From positions 1,674,001 to 1,738,000 of the forward strand of contig JBNJNM010000013.1 in the NCBI GenBank assembly GCA_052426225.1: a stretch of DNA of 64,000 nucleotides, written 5' to 3'. Of the stretch, positions 12,780-24,740 are shown one piece after another. Source of the stretch: Zancudomyces culisetae HAW-14-8 (Eukaryota; Fungi; Kickxellomycota). Within the stretch, counting starts at the first letter, position 1; each line of letters opens with the position of its first letter. The notes beneath the pieces were generated by a model. It worked only from the letters and a program-made list of their open reading frames with translations, was not told the origin of the DNA and did no database searches. The translations under genes were made by a program, and so were the position numbers.

Positions 12780-14045
12780 ATGACTGGACGCAGCATACTT
12801 TTAATGTATTCGAATCAGAATCATGAGGTAAGTAACAAACCAACCCAGACGAGCCTCTTTTTTTCTTTCAACAGTTGTATCAAATTATAAAAATGGAATT
12901 GGCACTAGATTTTACCGAGGCCAGAGTTTCTAGGAAAAAGGCGAAGGAGTAGTGGTGGTTTGCACCAAAAAAGGATAAAGATTTCTAGAAGGCTCTTTTT
13001 CGACGACCGCTCAGACGATATAGATATCCAACAGGTGGTACTAAAAAAGAAGCAGCATTCAGAAGCGATTAACACTGCCTTGGAAATCATTAGAAGCTCT
13101 GTTGAAGAATCAGATAACAATGTTGATTTAAGGTAAGGCAATCAAGGCTCACTTTTTTAGAAGGAGAGTGGGGGGAGGGAGAGATTGATATACTGGGAGT
13201 ATTTTTTAATGTGTTTGATAAACGTAAATAGTGACCTCGGATTGAAGTTTGTACCTAAAGAGCTAGAAGAGCTCAAAAACCTTGTGGTCATGTATCCATC
13301 ACTGGAGCTAACATCCGACCTGAAGCTTTATTTGAATAACAATAAACTCTCTAATTTTCCAAAAAGCATTTTAGCGCTACACAACCTTACTACACTCATA
13401 ATATCCAACAATAAATTAAAAGAACTGCCTCCAGAAATTTCTTTCCTCAGGAACCTCCAGCAGCTCTCGATAATAGGAAATGGAATCGAATACCTTCCAT
13501 CTGAAATCTTATGGCTTGACAAACTGAGGCTCTTCTTCCTGTTTCCAAATCCGCTGCTACAGCACAACATTGGTGCGAATCATGAATTTTGCAAATTTGT
13601 GCCACCAAACGACACCTCACGTGCGTTTATTGATGATCCCCCAATGGCGTTGAAAAAAGATGCCAAAATTCCATCATTATTTGATTTAGCATCAAGAGTT
13701 CTTTTTTCGTCCAACTCGGCATATGATAGGCCCCTGCCGAAGACTTCGGCTGCTAGGACATTTAACGACCTTCACCAGGTCTTTGATCCACAAAACAGCT
13801 CTGGTTGTGATTTGTTTGAATATTATAGGCATGTTTTTATAGAGAAAAGTTGCTGTAACGTGTGTGCACACTGTATGGGTTTATTTTTATTCCCCTCCGT
13901 CACACTACTTGTCTGGCTTAAGGGAGATAGGTGGTCTCTAAACTTTAAAATTCCTTTTAGTTTTAGATATTGTACAATTAGATGTTTTCAAAATAGCCGC
14001 TTTTTCACGAGTGATTTTTCCACTCGTAATATGTTGGTTAATTAA
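12780..14045 (+). CDS. Leucine-rich-repeat protein with BC-box-like motif and Cys-rich C-terminus (LRRC58/LRRC69-like architecture, putative cullin-RING substrate receptor), 3 exons
   Basis: LRRs include LKLYLNNNKLSNFP, LTTLIISNNKLKELP and LQQLSIIGNGIEYLP. IPSLFDLASR resembles a BC-box, and the tail reads CAHCMG...FRYCTIRC. Introns at about 12828-12908 and 13133-13231 give one open frame from ATG 12780. The start codon is uncertain. Confidence 0.7.
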
Positions 14046-15132
14046 TTAATTCACTATATTAATAATCTTTTCGCGTTGGTTGACACTTTTAAATAATGTT
14101 TACGTAAAAAAGAAATTGGATTGCGGATCAATGAAATAGATTTAACCAATAAGATAATCTCATTTGTTATTATACAACATATTTTCTGGATACTGAACCC
14201 AAATAAGAAAAGCATTTACAACTAAATATGCTTTTGGTGATTGAATAAATCCGAAAGGTAAAAATAGCATATAAAGTGTGCAAATGGAGAAAACCGAAAA
14301 CCAAACACAACGTCCGTCCTAATACGAAGAGGGGAGGGGGGAAAGCAGCTAGTAAAACAATACGAGCTAATAAGCTCTATTGAAAGAGTTGTTGGAGTGC
14401 CTCCCGTGTTATTTGGGTGTAGCTACTGAGAACACCACTGTTTATTGGTTTTCAAATTGAAATAAAAATACCAAGCCAGCTCAATATTCCAAATACTATA
14501 GCGAAGATTAGAGATTCGGTTCGTTGAGTGAAGCGAATGCATTTTTTAGTGCAAGTTGATAGGCCGCATAAAATTTGCAGCGTAAACAAACACCAATATT
14601 AATATCAATACCAACACCAGTGCCAATAATGATAGTGATAATAATAGCATACCTCCGATAGAAGAGGAAGGGAGGGAGGCGGTATGTGAAATTGCATAAC
14701 ATGACATAATGCGTCAAATCTAGAATAAAGAAACAAAGGAAGAGGAGGGGAGGGGAGGGAATATACAAAAGGCAACATAGGAACGCTCGGCTTCAAGAAA
14801 TCTATGTTTTCCTGCTTGACACATGTATATTCTCCTTAACGTTCTGCAAAATAAATAAAAAAAAGATAAAAACGCACAGAAGATCCATATCCCAGAGCTT
14901 CAAGACAAATAGGGGAATCTTGAGTATCTTTGTAATATTTCTTGGTAATCAATAGAGCTACTATAACGCTATTGGAGAATAAAGCAAACTAAGAAAAAGA
15001 GTTTTATTTAAACGATTATATACCAGTTTCACATTATTATTCTTTACTTGATTGTAGTAAGCATAATAAATTTTAAATATAAAGAATATACTATATAGTA
15101 TGATTAGATATTCTTAAATTATAAATCAGACA

Positions 15133-18100
15133 ATGGACGAAAACTCATTAAAGGTGCTTTTGAGGACGAGTAAGTAACGACAGTAATAACGAAACAAAAT
15201 AAACAACTGTATTTGGTTGCCATGGTATATTGTACCATGTTGAAATACAAACAATATAACGGCCTTGTGGTACACCGAAACAAGTAAAAAAAATACTAAT
15301 AACAAGTATTCTAATGAAAATAGGAATCCTCGAGGCAGTTAGATCGGTAAAACCACCAGGAAAATGGAAGATTGTTGTCGTGGATAAACACTCTCTCAAA
15401 TTAATATCCTCGGTGCTCAAGTTGTATGACTTGCTCGAAGAAGATGTTTCAAGTATGATAAACCATTTACTAGCATCTTATACATACATTATACACTCAT
15501 ATGATAATGGTGATATCGTGAGTCAAATCCAAAATCCTAAAACTTAATTAAATTAATGAAATAGTTGTCGAAACAATAACAAAGAGTAGACAACCGTTTA
15601 CAGACAGGGAAGCGGTGTATTTTCTATCACCAACTAAAGAATCGGTGTCAAGGTTTATTGATGATTTTACGAAAAAGGGACCCGGGTGGAACAAAGGTGC
15701 CATGTATGCCGGAGCACACTTGTTTTTTACAACAGGTATGGTCTAATACTTTGAAAAGAGATATGATTTTGTTTTGAATATTGAGATACTTTAGTGGGAA
15801 AAAAGCATAATAACTATGGGTATTTCTAAAAAATTTCATTAATGTAAATAGAACTTGACGATGTGCTATTTTCAAGGCTGACAGTATCAAAGTCTGCAAA
15901 ATACATCAAATCCATTAAAGAACTATATATAGAAGTAAATGGTATGTACATATAGGACATTTATACTGCTAAACGTATTTAAAATATCAATAATCTATTA
16001 GGTGTATAAAGTAAACTGTTGGTGTAATAACCCCCGTTTTTTTCTAAACAAAAAAAAAATAATACTTGTAGCCTATGAGCCAAAGGTATACTTGACAAAG
16101 CCTTCATCATATCCATTCTACAACATGTACTCACCACATGCTGGGGAGATGAGGGAAATGGATATAGAAGCGAATGTGGATAGACTTATTAGTTTGGTTG
16201 CAACACTTAATGTTAACCCATATGTGCGATTTTACGATCCCAAAAGAACTTATGAGAACAGATTGAAAACCAACGACAATGTAGTTATTAACATTTCTCC
16301 TGAGGATGGGAGCGATGATGAAAATGAGTACGACGATGATTTTGAAATAACATTTGATGAGGACGATTTCAATACCGTTAGAGTTGTTGATGGTGTCAGA
16401 AAGTTTTTCCCAAAGACACCTAAAGTTGCCGAAAAGACGGCGAGGTTATTCTACAAAAGACTGCAAAAGTATTCTGAACTTAACCCTGATTTTCCGGTAA
16501 GTAACCAAGCTCATGGTTATCACTCGTCATTCTTTTTATTTCTTTATTCTATTATTTGATGATATTGTAAGGTGTGGAGATCTGTATATTAACAAACAGT
16601 TGAAAAACAATAGAGACGCGAAGATGGTCAGTACAATGACGTAATTCTGTTTCTGGATCGATCTGTAGATATGTATGCACCACTACTCCACGAATTTACA
16701 TATCAAGCTATGATTAACGATTTTCTAGATCTGGAGGATGGAAAAAAATACAAGTAAGTGTTTTGTTGACGATATTAACCAACACGAGTCAGTTTAATTG
16801 AGATTATATTTAACTGAGTACTGGTGGGAAAAGTGAAGGAAGGAAGAACTTATTTAAGAAGTGATAAGGCGAATTGTAGACTAACTAATGTGCAACATGT
16901 AAAAAATGTAGATTTGAGGTAAACTCAGGTGGAACGATCAAGCAACACGAAGTAGTATTAAACGAAGAGAAGGACAAACTGTGGCAAAAGCTCAGACACG
17001 TTCATATTGCTGATGCTATCGAAGAGCTGGCTAAAAAGTTTCAACAGTTGGTTGGTGACAACAAGCTGATTGTAGACCTGAATAAAAAGTAAGTATACCA
17101 TATTCTCTCTATAGACGTAATTCTTCTGAGTGTTTGACAAAGGGTGGTTGGTAGGATAAATTTTAAATATCAATAATCAATAGTGATTCCAAATCGACAC
17201 TAAAGCAAATGAAAACAATACTGGAAACCATGCCAGAGTTCCAAGAACTACAAGATACGTACTCGACACATATAAACTTAACTAGAGAGTGTATGACCAT
17301 TTTTGATCATTATTATTTGAGTGATCTGGCTGGACTCGAGCAGGTAAATATATCAATAAAAACTTATTTAATAGAAAAGGAAAATTAAAAAAATAGAGGG
17401 GAGAGGGGAGAGGGGAGAGGGGAGAGGGGAGAGGGGAGAGGGGAGGTTGTGGTGTAGTGTAGAGCGAGTCTGAAATTAACACAAAGGAATTGGCATAAAT
17501 ATTGTAGGATATTTCTACAAAGATAACTTTTGAAGGAAAGCCGATAGGAAATGATATTGAAGAAGAGCTGGTTGAGGTTCTTGCTAACCAAAATATGGAG
17601 TAAGTTTTTGACCTAATATCTAGCCAACATAATAATATTGAGAGTGAAAAAACGGGAGAGCAGGAAAAGTGGTAAAAGTGGTAAAACAAAAAAAAAAGAG
17701 TAAATAAATCAATAAACAAACGAATAAATAAATAAAATAGGGAAACAGACAGAATCAGATTATTGATGATATATCTGATTTCCAAAGATGGTATTGACCC
17801 ACTAGATAGAAGAAGGCTTCAAGAAGTACTAGAATGTATGACTACTGAGGATAAACGGGGGTTGTTGAACCTGAATCTTATGGGTGTTAGAACTGACAAG
17901 GTAAATTATGTTTTACTTAAATAAAAAAAGAAAGAGGAAAAGGAAAAGGAAAAGGAAAAGGAAAAGGAAAAGAAAAAGGAAAAAAGTTGGTTTGAAATAT
18001 TGATTTATTTTGTTTTACTAGTACTTATTTACGACTATAATATACATATATGTAGGAAAAAGAGGAAGAGCCTAGAAAAAAATACGAGTGGGAAAAGGCA

Positions 18101-18910
18101 CTACCAATAACCAGTATAAAGTACGATCTATCAAGATTTGTTCCAGCAGTGAAATCGATAATTGAAGAACAATCAAGGAACATCTTGGACCCGGCGTTTT
18201 TCCCTTGGGTTGGGGAAGCACCGGAGATTTATGATTCGAGGAATCAGATAAAGCTTAAGGGGTCATTGAGAACGTAAGTTATTTTGTTGATCTACTAACG
18301 GCTAAACATGTTTTTCTTTGTAAAATTTGTGTTTGAGCGGTTTGGAATTGGCAAGTAGGGGTAGTGTGGAAGTGTGGAACGGGGGGTGGGGGGAGAAAGA
18401 AGGGGAGGGTATCGATACGATTTGATACAAGGACAAATAACATGAATGCTTAATAATACCAACATAAATGTACATTTAATAAAATAAAAAAATAGGACCA
18501 AAAATGATTGGAGTGACAGCACAAAGGTGGGCAAGAGGGCAAGAGGCCGGATAATAGTGTTTATGACGGGTGGTATAACATATTCCGAAATGTTACACGC
18601 ATATGGCCTATCACAAGATCTACTCAAAGACGTGTATATCGGCTCGACGCATATCACGACACCCAGAGAGTTTCTGGAAGATCTAAAGATGTTGCGGCGT
18701 GTTGTTGACCAACAATCTAGTGCTGTAGACGAACTGTTGACCACAAGTGCAGTTGGAGGAGCTGTTGAAGCTATTGGGGCTATCAGTGCTAGGGCGCGTG
18801 GTATTGATGAGAATAGTGTGTATACAGCTGAAACGGATGGCGAACGGGAAGAGGAAGGTGTTATGCCAATGGGAAGAAATGCCAAAGGTGGAAACATTAG
18901 AGTTGCATAG
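15133..18910 (+). CDS. SEC1: Sec1/Munc18 (SM) family vesicle-fusion protein, about 13 exons
   Basis: Spliced peptides include RILEAVRSVKPPGKWKIVVVD, RQPFTDREAVYFLSPT, LDRSVDMYAPLLHEFTYQAMIND, LWQKLRHVHIADA, YDLSRFVPAVK and RIIVFMTGGITYSEM...VYIGSTHITTPREFLEDL. All are separated by GT-AG introns. Confidence 0.93.
17395..17445 (+). repeat. (AGAGGGG)n microsatellite, about 7 copies, inside a SEC1 intron
   Basis: Tandem array of G4 tracts visible directly in the sequence. Confidence 0.95.
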
Positions 18911-19540
18911 TTGAAAGCGAGAAAGCGAGAAAGAGAAAGAGATAGAGAGAGAGACAGGGTGTGTGTATGTGTGTAATAAGAAATGAATGATTTACTGACA
19001 ATACTAAGTTGATGTACTAAGACACTAGTTTACGGACTAGTATTAGTTTTTCTCTCTCTTTTTTTTTATTTTTTTGGTTTTTCATGTTTCTGGAATATAG
19101 TTTGAGTATTTTATTACATATAGTTATTATTGCATTCTTTTAACCTTTGGTAAATCTGGAAAAATTGATACCTAAACATATTTAATAAAGTGGTTATAAA
19201 ACGGATATGAACATATTATTTACCTTTCAAGCTTTATTTATACATAAATATTTTTTAAATGGGAAAGAAAAGACTCGAGATGTAGGAAGAAGGTAGATGG
19301 ATAAAATTGGATTTCTAATAGAATTCAAGAGATTTATTTAAATGAATATTTACAGTTAAAAAAGTAATATAAGTATATATATTATAAATGTACGAGGTAT
19401 ATAAAAATGGACAAGGATGTGATATAAAATCACAAACTAAAAAGCAAAAAGTAAAAAGTAAAAAATAAAAAAAAACAACAAAAAGAATACAAAACTTAGC
19501 TCCAGATACAGTAATAGTAATAAATGAAGTTGAGAGTGAG

Positions 19541-20554
19541 TTAAAAGGATAAATCAGCAGAGGCGAGAAAAGCAGGACCGGTTTTATTTCCAACACTACA
19601 GGAGCCTGTACCAGAGTTTGTATTTGCATCCGTATTTCCATTGGTATTTCCATTTGGTGATGGTAAGGAACAGGTAGTTGGTACGGATAGTAGTGCTTTC
19701 AAGTTGGATTCGACTGTTTTGAAACGAGTAAAAATCCTAGTGATAAAAACGGAATGGTTGATAGAATCGGAGAGGCTGTGGTGAGGTTCTTTGTTCGTTG
19801 TACTAGCAGTAGTATCAATATCAGTATCAATATCGATATCGATATCAATATTTGTATCGGTGTTGGTATTGGTGTTGGTATTGGAGAATGATATTGGATT
19901 TGTTTTATAGTTTTCAAGTAGAGAAAAAAGATTGTCGATTTCTACAAGCAGGGTTTCTAGTTGTTTGACCAATCTATGTTATATATAACAAGTACAGTTC
20001 AGTTTTTTAGTATTATAAAAAATGTATAATAAATGAGGTATAGTTACAAGTACAGAGTTCAAAACTAGATAAAAAGTAAAATAGAAGAAGAGGTGGAAGA
20101 GAAGAAAGTGGAAGAGAAGAAAGAGAAAAGTAATTGAGAGTTACCGTTTATGAGAAGCAATGGTAGGTAATTCAGTTCTAGTACTACTGTTAATGGTAGT
20201 AGTAGCACTTTCAATATTCGTATTGCTATTAGTATCGGGGCTAGGATTTGATTTTGGATTTGATTTATTAGCGTTGTTTGTGAGAAAGAGTAGCCAGGTA
20301 GCAGCATAGGCCTTGATAAAGCCTAATTTGAGACCGAATTCTGCGCCTCCGTATATACCCATATATTTGCCGTGTGAATAACCGTCGGCTGTTCCAGCGT
20401 TTAAACCATCGTTAAAACCAGATTTATAGTAACTAGAAAAATGTAGTGTACGAGTAAAAGTAAAAGTAAAAAAGAAAAAGAAAAAAAGAAAAAGAAAGAA
20501 GAGCAGGAATTAGTAAAAAGGTTTTGAGGTTAATTTTTTTAATAATCAAAAAGT

Positions 20555-20585
<31 letters not shown>

Positions 20586-20651
20586 GAGAAAAACTTACTC
20601 TGATAATAGTTTGTCGTCAAAATTGAGGGTCGAATCAAAGAGATTATCCAT
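19541..20651 (-). CDS. LTO1: Lto1/ORAOV1 (adaptor for Fe-S maturation of Rli1/ABCE1), 3 exons
   Basis: Exon 1 reads MDNLFDSTLNFDDKLLS. Exon 2 has the GX3 repeat YYKSGFNDGLNAGTADGYSHGKYMGIYGGAEFGLKLGFIKAYAATW. The C-terminal tripeptide LSF fits the [LIM]-[DES]-[WF] CIA-targeting motif. Confidence 0.85.
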
Positions 20652-21124
20652 GAGGTTTGGGGATAGAGATTGAGGTGGTTGATGATTTTACAGTTGATCA
20701 AGAAAATCTGAATAGATATAATAAAACTGAGTAGTTTGTATTTATCGCAAGTTAAATATAGTATAGATAGACACAATCGGAAAAAGTAATATATTTCCAC
20801 GGTTCTGTAGAAGAAAAAATCGAGGTACTAAAGAAAAAAAAAAGACATTAGACTAATATATGTAGAAATGCAGGAAAAAAAAAAGATTGATCATATCATT
20901 GGGTAAATAGCTCAAAGAAAATTGAAATTTCGTTGGGAAAAAAAATAATCGTAAATATATCAAAAGGATAGAAAAATAAATAATAAAGACGCGAGGTGTA
21001 AAATTGATGGGGTTAAGCAGAGAGAGAAAGGTGGGGGGGGAAAAAAAAGTAAAAAAAAAAGTAAACAAAGAGGGTAAAAAATAAAATAATATTAAAGATT
21101 GTAAAAGAAAATAAATAAGAGAAA

Positions 21125-24100
21125 ATGTATTATAATGTGGGAAAGCAAGAAGAGAAATTCGATAGGGAAAGAAGAAGCGTGGCTGGTGGTATAGGGGAAG
21201 AAGAATATGAAAAGATAGAACGAAGATTGAGAGATGGACAAAGTGAGGTAGGAGGGCATATAGGTAAAAGGATGACCGGAGGTGGGTTTGAGGATAAACA
21301 AAAGATGTATGAGCAACAGGCAGAGGAATTGGGAGTGGGAATGGGAATGGGAATGGGAATGGGGATGAGTGGAGTGGAAAGTGGAAGGATGTGGGATACG
21401 AGAGGAGGGTCGGTACTAAGCAATATTTCGAGAGGATCGCGAAGGAGAGAGCGGGAAGAGCTTGCAAGCCCTACAGAATGGATCGGTGGGTACCAAGTGA
21501 AAGGAGGAAAAAAGATGATGAGGTATGGAGAGGGAATTGAAGAAGAAGACGAAGAACATGGGATAGGAGGAGTTGTAGGAAGAAGGGAGGAGGAGGAAGA
21601 AGAAGAAGAAGAGTTAGGAGAACAAAGACAGCAATATATGGAGAGGAGGAGACAGAGTAAAGGAAATTATTATTATTATAGAGGAGGTAGAGGAAATGGG
21701 AGGGGAATGGAGGTAAGTGAAGAGGAGGATATGTATTTGGGGCAAGAAGAGGAAGGAGAGGATTTACAGGAGGAATACAAGAGAAAAAGACGGGCAGGGT
21801 ATAGTAGCGGGTTTATAGATTTGGAAGGAGGGAATGCTGAGGTTGAGGAAGGCAACAGGGGAGAGTATGGAAGAATGTTGAATAGGAGAAATGGGGGACG
21901 GGAGCAAGAACAAGTACAGGAACAAGAAAAACGAAATTTGCAGCAACATTATCACCAACAGCAACAACAGCAACAACAGCAACAACAACAACAGTATCCA
22001 TATCAGTATAAATATCAGCAGCAACATCAACAACCACAGCAAAAACAGAGGGGGGATAGAGGAGAGAGAGGGGAATGGAGAATAGAAGAGATGGGGATAA
22101 GAGAGCAAGAGAGTTTGATGATTGAGGAGCTGTTAAATTTGATGTTGGGGATTCCAGGGATATACGTAGGACTGAGAAAAAAGAAATATAGGAGGGGAGA
22201 AGGAGGAAAGGGGATACGACGCAAGGAGTATGTGGTGGAGATAGCAGAGGGAGTAGAGCATTCGATAGGAGAGATGACACGTAAGATTGGGCGAGTGGCG
22301 GAGCAACAACAAGAGTTGAAAGGGTTTTTGAAGGAGTATAGCGGCAAGGCGGGGCGGGTGAACCAGGCGTTGTGTGCAGGGATAGCGCGGCTTGAACAGG
22401 AGTTTCAGCAAGAGATAGTGGAGAACGAGCAGCGGTTTCGGAGGAGTACGGAGTTGAGGCCGTTTACGCTACAGCAGTTGTGGTGTCGGATGGAGAGGCG
22501 GGCAGCGGTGATGGAGCGATTAGTGTGGTTGAGTCGAACGATATATCGAGAGTCGGATCGAATATATGGAGAGGAGCGACGGAGAGAGCAAGAAGAAGGG
22601 ATAACGACGGTGATAGAAGAGGAGGGAGAAGAAGAAGGAGAGGGAGGAGAAGCAGAAGAGAGTTTTGGAGAAAGTGATTTGGAACGAGCAGAGGAAGAAT
22701 ATGAAGATGAAGATGAAGAGGGAGAGTATGATGATGGTTTAGGATTGGATTTGGATTTGGATTTAAATTTAAATTTAAGTTTGGAAAGAGAGGAAAAGAG
22801 AAAAGCAAAAAAACGAAACAGACGATTAAAACAGTATCGCGAACAGTTGCAAAGTATAAATGTGAAGGGGGGACGAACACTAAATGTGATTGCACAGCTG
22901 TTGCGGCAGAGCAAAGGCGATAGTATAGCGAGAGAGGTGTATGAGTACCTGCAGCAGAGTGCAAGCAAGCCGTTTATTGAGATGTTGGAGCGATGGTTGC
23001 GATATGGCAAAGTGTCGGCAGGGTATGGAGATGAGGAGTTTATGGTGCAGACGAGTACGAAGCGGGTGCGGAACGAAGGGGCGGTGGAGGCGATGGCGAT
23101 GGCGGCGGGGCGAGGGGAGGAGGTGGTAGTTGTAGATAATAGGGCGGCGGGGATGGAGAGAGCGGCGGGAGTGGAGGTGATAAGTTTTCGGTTGAAGGCA
23201 GAGGCGGTTCCAGAGTTTTTGGAGGCGTATAGTCAAAAGATATTGTTGACAGGCAAGTATATTAGTGTGGTGAAGGAGTGTGGAGTGGAGGTGGAGAGTA
23301 GACGGCTGAAGGCGACGGTGAGCGAGGGAACAAGGGCGGCAGAAGTGGTGGAAAGAATCGATGAGATGTATGGAGAGGCCAACCGGGCACTGATGCACGA
23401 GCTGATGGAGCGTAGCCATCTAGGATGGTATTTATGCGAGCTGAAGCGGTACTTGTTGTTGGAAAGGGCGGATTTTCTGGCGCATTTCTTTGAGTGTAGT
23501 AGAGATATTTTGGGCAATGGAATGGCCAATTCTACCAATTTGGCCAAGTTGCAGCGCAATTTAGATGCGGCGATTGGCAAGTTGAATTTAAATATGAATT
23601 TAAATATGAATATGAATTATTCATTTTTAAAGAAACGAACAAATGTTCAGGTTAAATTTAGTAATCATAATTTGATGGAAAGTTTGGCAACATTACAAAA
23701 CCAACTAGGAAGCACTACCACTACCACTATTAATGCTAATGCTAATACTAATACTAATACTAATACTAATGCTTTTATTAGTAACAGTAATAGTAATGGT
23801 AGTATTAATAATAATAATAATAATAATAATAGTATTAGTGGAGGAGGAGGAGGAGGAGGAGGAGGGTGTCATAGATTAATATATTTTTCAAGTAATCCAG
23901 AATTTCCCAATTCAGTAATAGTAGATTATATAGCACAGCATAAATATGTATTACTACATCGGCACATGTTGGCACTAAAGTATTTGGAATACCGATTGTT
24001 GATGTCGTGGCGAGCCAAGCCGGCAAACAAGATATCGCGAAAAGTGGCGGCGTGCCGAAGCAATATGATTGTGACGATCCAGCAGATTTTGCATTATCAA

Positions 24101-24592
24101 AGCAGTATGGTTGTGGAACCTAACCATGCGGTATTATTATCATCATTGGAAATACCTAATGGATATAATAACCAACAAAATCAACAACATCAACAACATC
24201 AACAACATCAACAACATCAACAACATCAACAACAAGAACAACAAGAACATCAACAACAAACTATTGGTCATGTCATTTCTGCTGTCAACTTGTTTTTGGA
24301 TACTTGTCTGTTACAATCTGGTCTAACCAATCCCAAACTATTTAGGATTCTGACTAAACTATCCAATACTTGTTATCACTTGTTATCTCATATAAACAAC
24401 ATGTCTACCTCTGCTGCAATTACCAATACCAATACGAATACCAATACGAGTATTGGTAGTGATAATGATAGAATTATTGATTTAATCAGTAATACTTTTT
24501 CCGATACCAAAAAATTGTTTGTTGGTGCTTTAAACCATTATGCACAAACTCAATCTCCTAAATACCTTAATTTGGCTGCTCAACTTGCCTAA
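21125..24592 (+). CDS. SPC97: Gamma-tubulin complex component GCP2/Spc97 with long low-complexity insertions
   Basis: GRIP-domain motifs IEELLNLMLGIPGIYV, VNQALCAGI, TLQQLW, GGRTLNVI, ASKPFIEMLERWLRYG, KILLTGKYISVVKECG, LKRYLLLERADFL and FLDTCLLQSGLTNPKL. Confidence 0.88.
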   Translation: MYYNVGKQEEKFDRERRSVAGGIGEEEYEKIERRLRDGQSEVGGHIGKRMTGGGFEDKQKMYEQQAEELGVGMGMGMGMGMSGVESGRMWDTRGGSVLSNISRGSRRREREELASPTEWIGGYQVKGGKKMMRYGEGIEEEDEEHGIGGVVGRREEEEEEEEELGEQRQQYMERRRQSKGNYYYYRGGRGNGRGMEVSEEEDMYLGQEEEGEDLQEEYKRKRRAGYSSGFIDLEGGNAEVEEGNRGEYGRMLNRRNGGREQEQVQEQEKRNLQQHYHQQQQQQQQQQQQQYPYQYKYQQQHQQPQQKQRGDRGERGEWRIEEMGIREQESLMIEELLNLMLGIPGIYVGLRKKKYRRGEGGKGIRRKEYVVEIAEGVEHSIGEMTRKIGRVAEQQQELKGFLKEYSGKAGRVNQALCAGIARLEQEFQQEIVENEQRFRRSTELRPFTLQQLWCRMERRAAVMERLVWLSRTIYRESDRIYGEERRREQEEGITTVIEEEGEEEGEGGEAEESFGESDLERAEEEYEDEDEEGEYDDGLGLDLDLDLNLNLSLEREEKRKAKKRNRRLKQYREQLQSINVKGGRTLNVIAQLLRQSKGDSIAREVYEYLQQSASKPFIEMLERWLRYGKVSAGYGDEEFMVQTSTKRVRNEGAVEAMAMAAGRGEEVVVVDNRAAGMERAAGVEVISFRLKAEAVPEFLEAYSQKILLTGKYISVVKECGVEVESRRLKATVSEGTRAAEVVERIDEMYGEANRALMHELMERSHLGWYLCELKRYLLLERADFLAHFFECSRDILGNGMANSTNLAKLQRNLDAAIGKLNLNMNLNMNMNYSFLKKRTNVQVKFSNHNLMESLATLQNQLGSTTTTTINANANTNTNTNTNAFISNSNSNGSINNNNNNNNSISGGGGGGGGGCHRLIYFSSNPEFPNSVIVDYIAQHKYVLLHRHMLALKYLEYRLLMSWRAKPANKISRKVAACRSNMIVTIQQILHYQSSMVVEPNHAVLLSSLEIPNGYNNQQNQQHQQHQQHQQHQQHQQQEQQEHQQQTIGHVISAVNLFLDTCLLQSGLTNPKLFRILTKLSNTCYHLLSHINNMSTSAAITNTNTNTNTSIGSDNDRIIDLISNTFSDTKKLFVGALNHYAQTQSPKYLNLAAQLA

Positions 24593-24690
24593 TCTAACTC
24601 AATCTAATTCAATCTAATCTAATCTAATCTAATTCAATTTAATCTAACTATTTGTTTTGTTTTATTTTGTTTTGTTTCATTTTGTTTTAT
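24591..24690. repeat. Pentamer microsatellites (AATCT)n then (TTTTG/A)n in the short gap between convergent SPC97 and SLA1
   Basis: Imperfect tandem pentamers visible between the two stop codons. Confidence 0.85.
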
Positions 24691-24740
24691 TTCACTATAC
24701 CTTTTAAAATAAAATAAATATAAAAATATTATTGTTCTAT

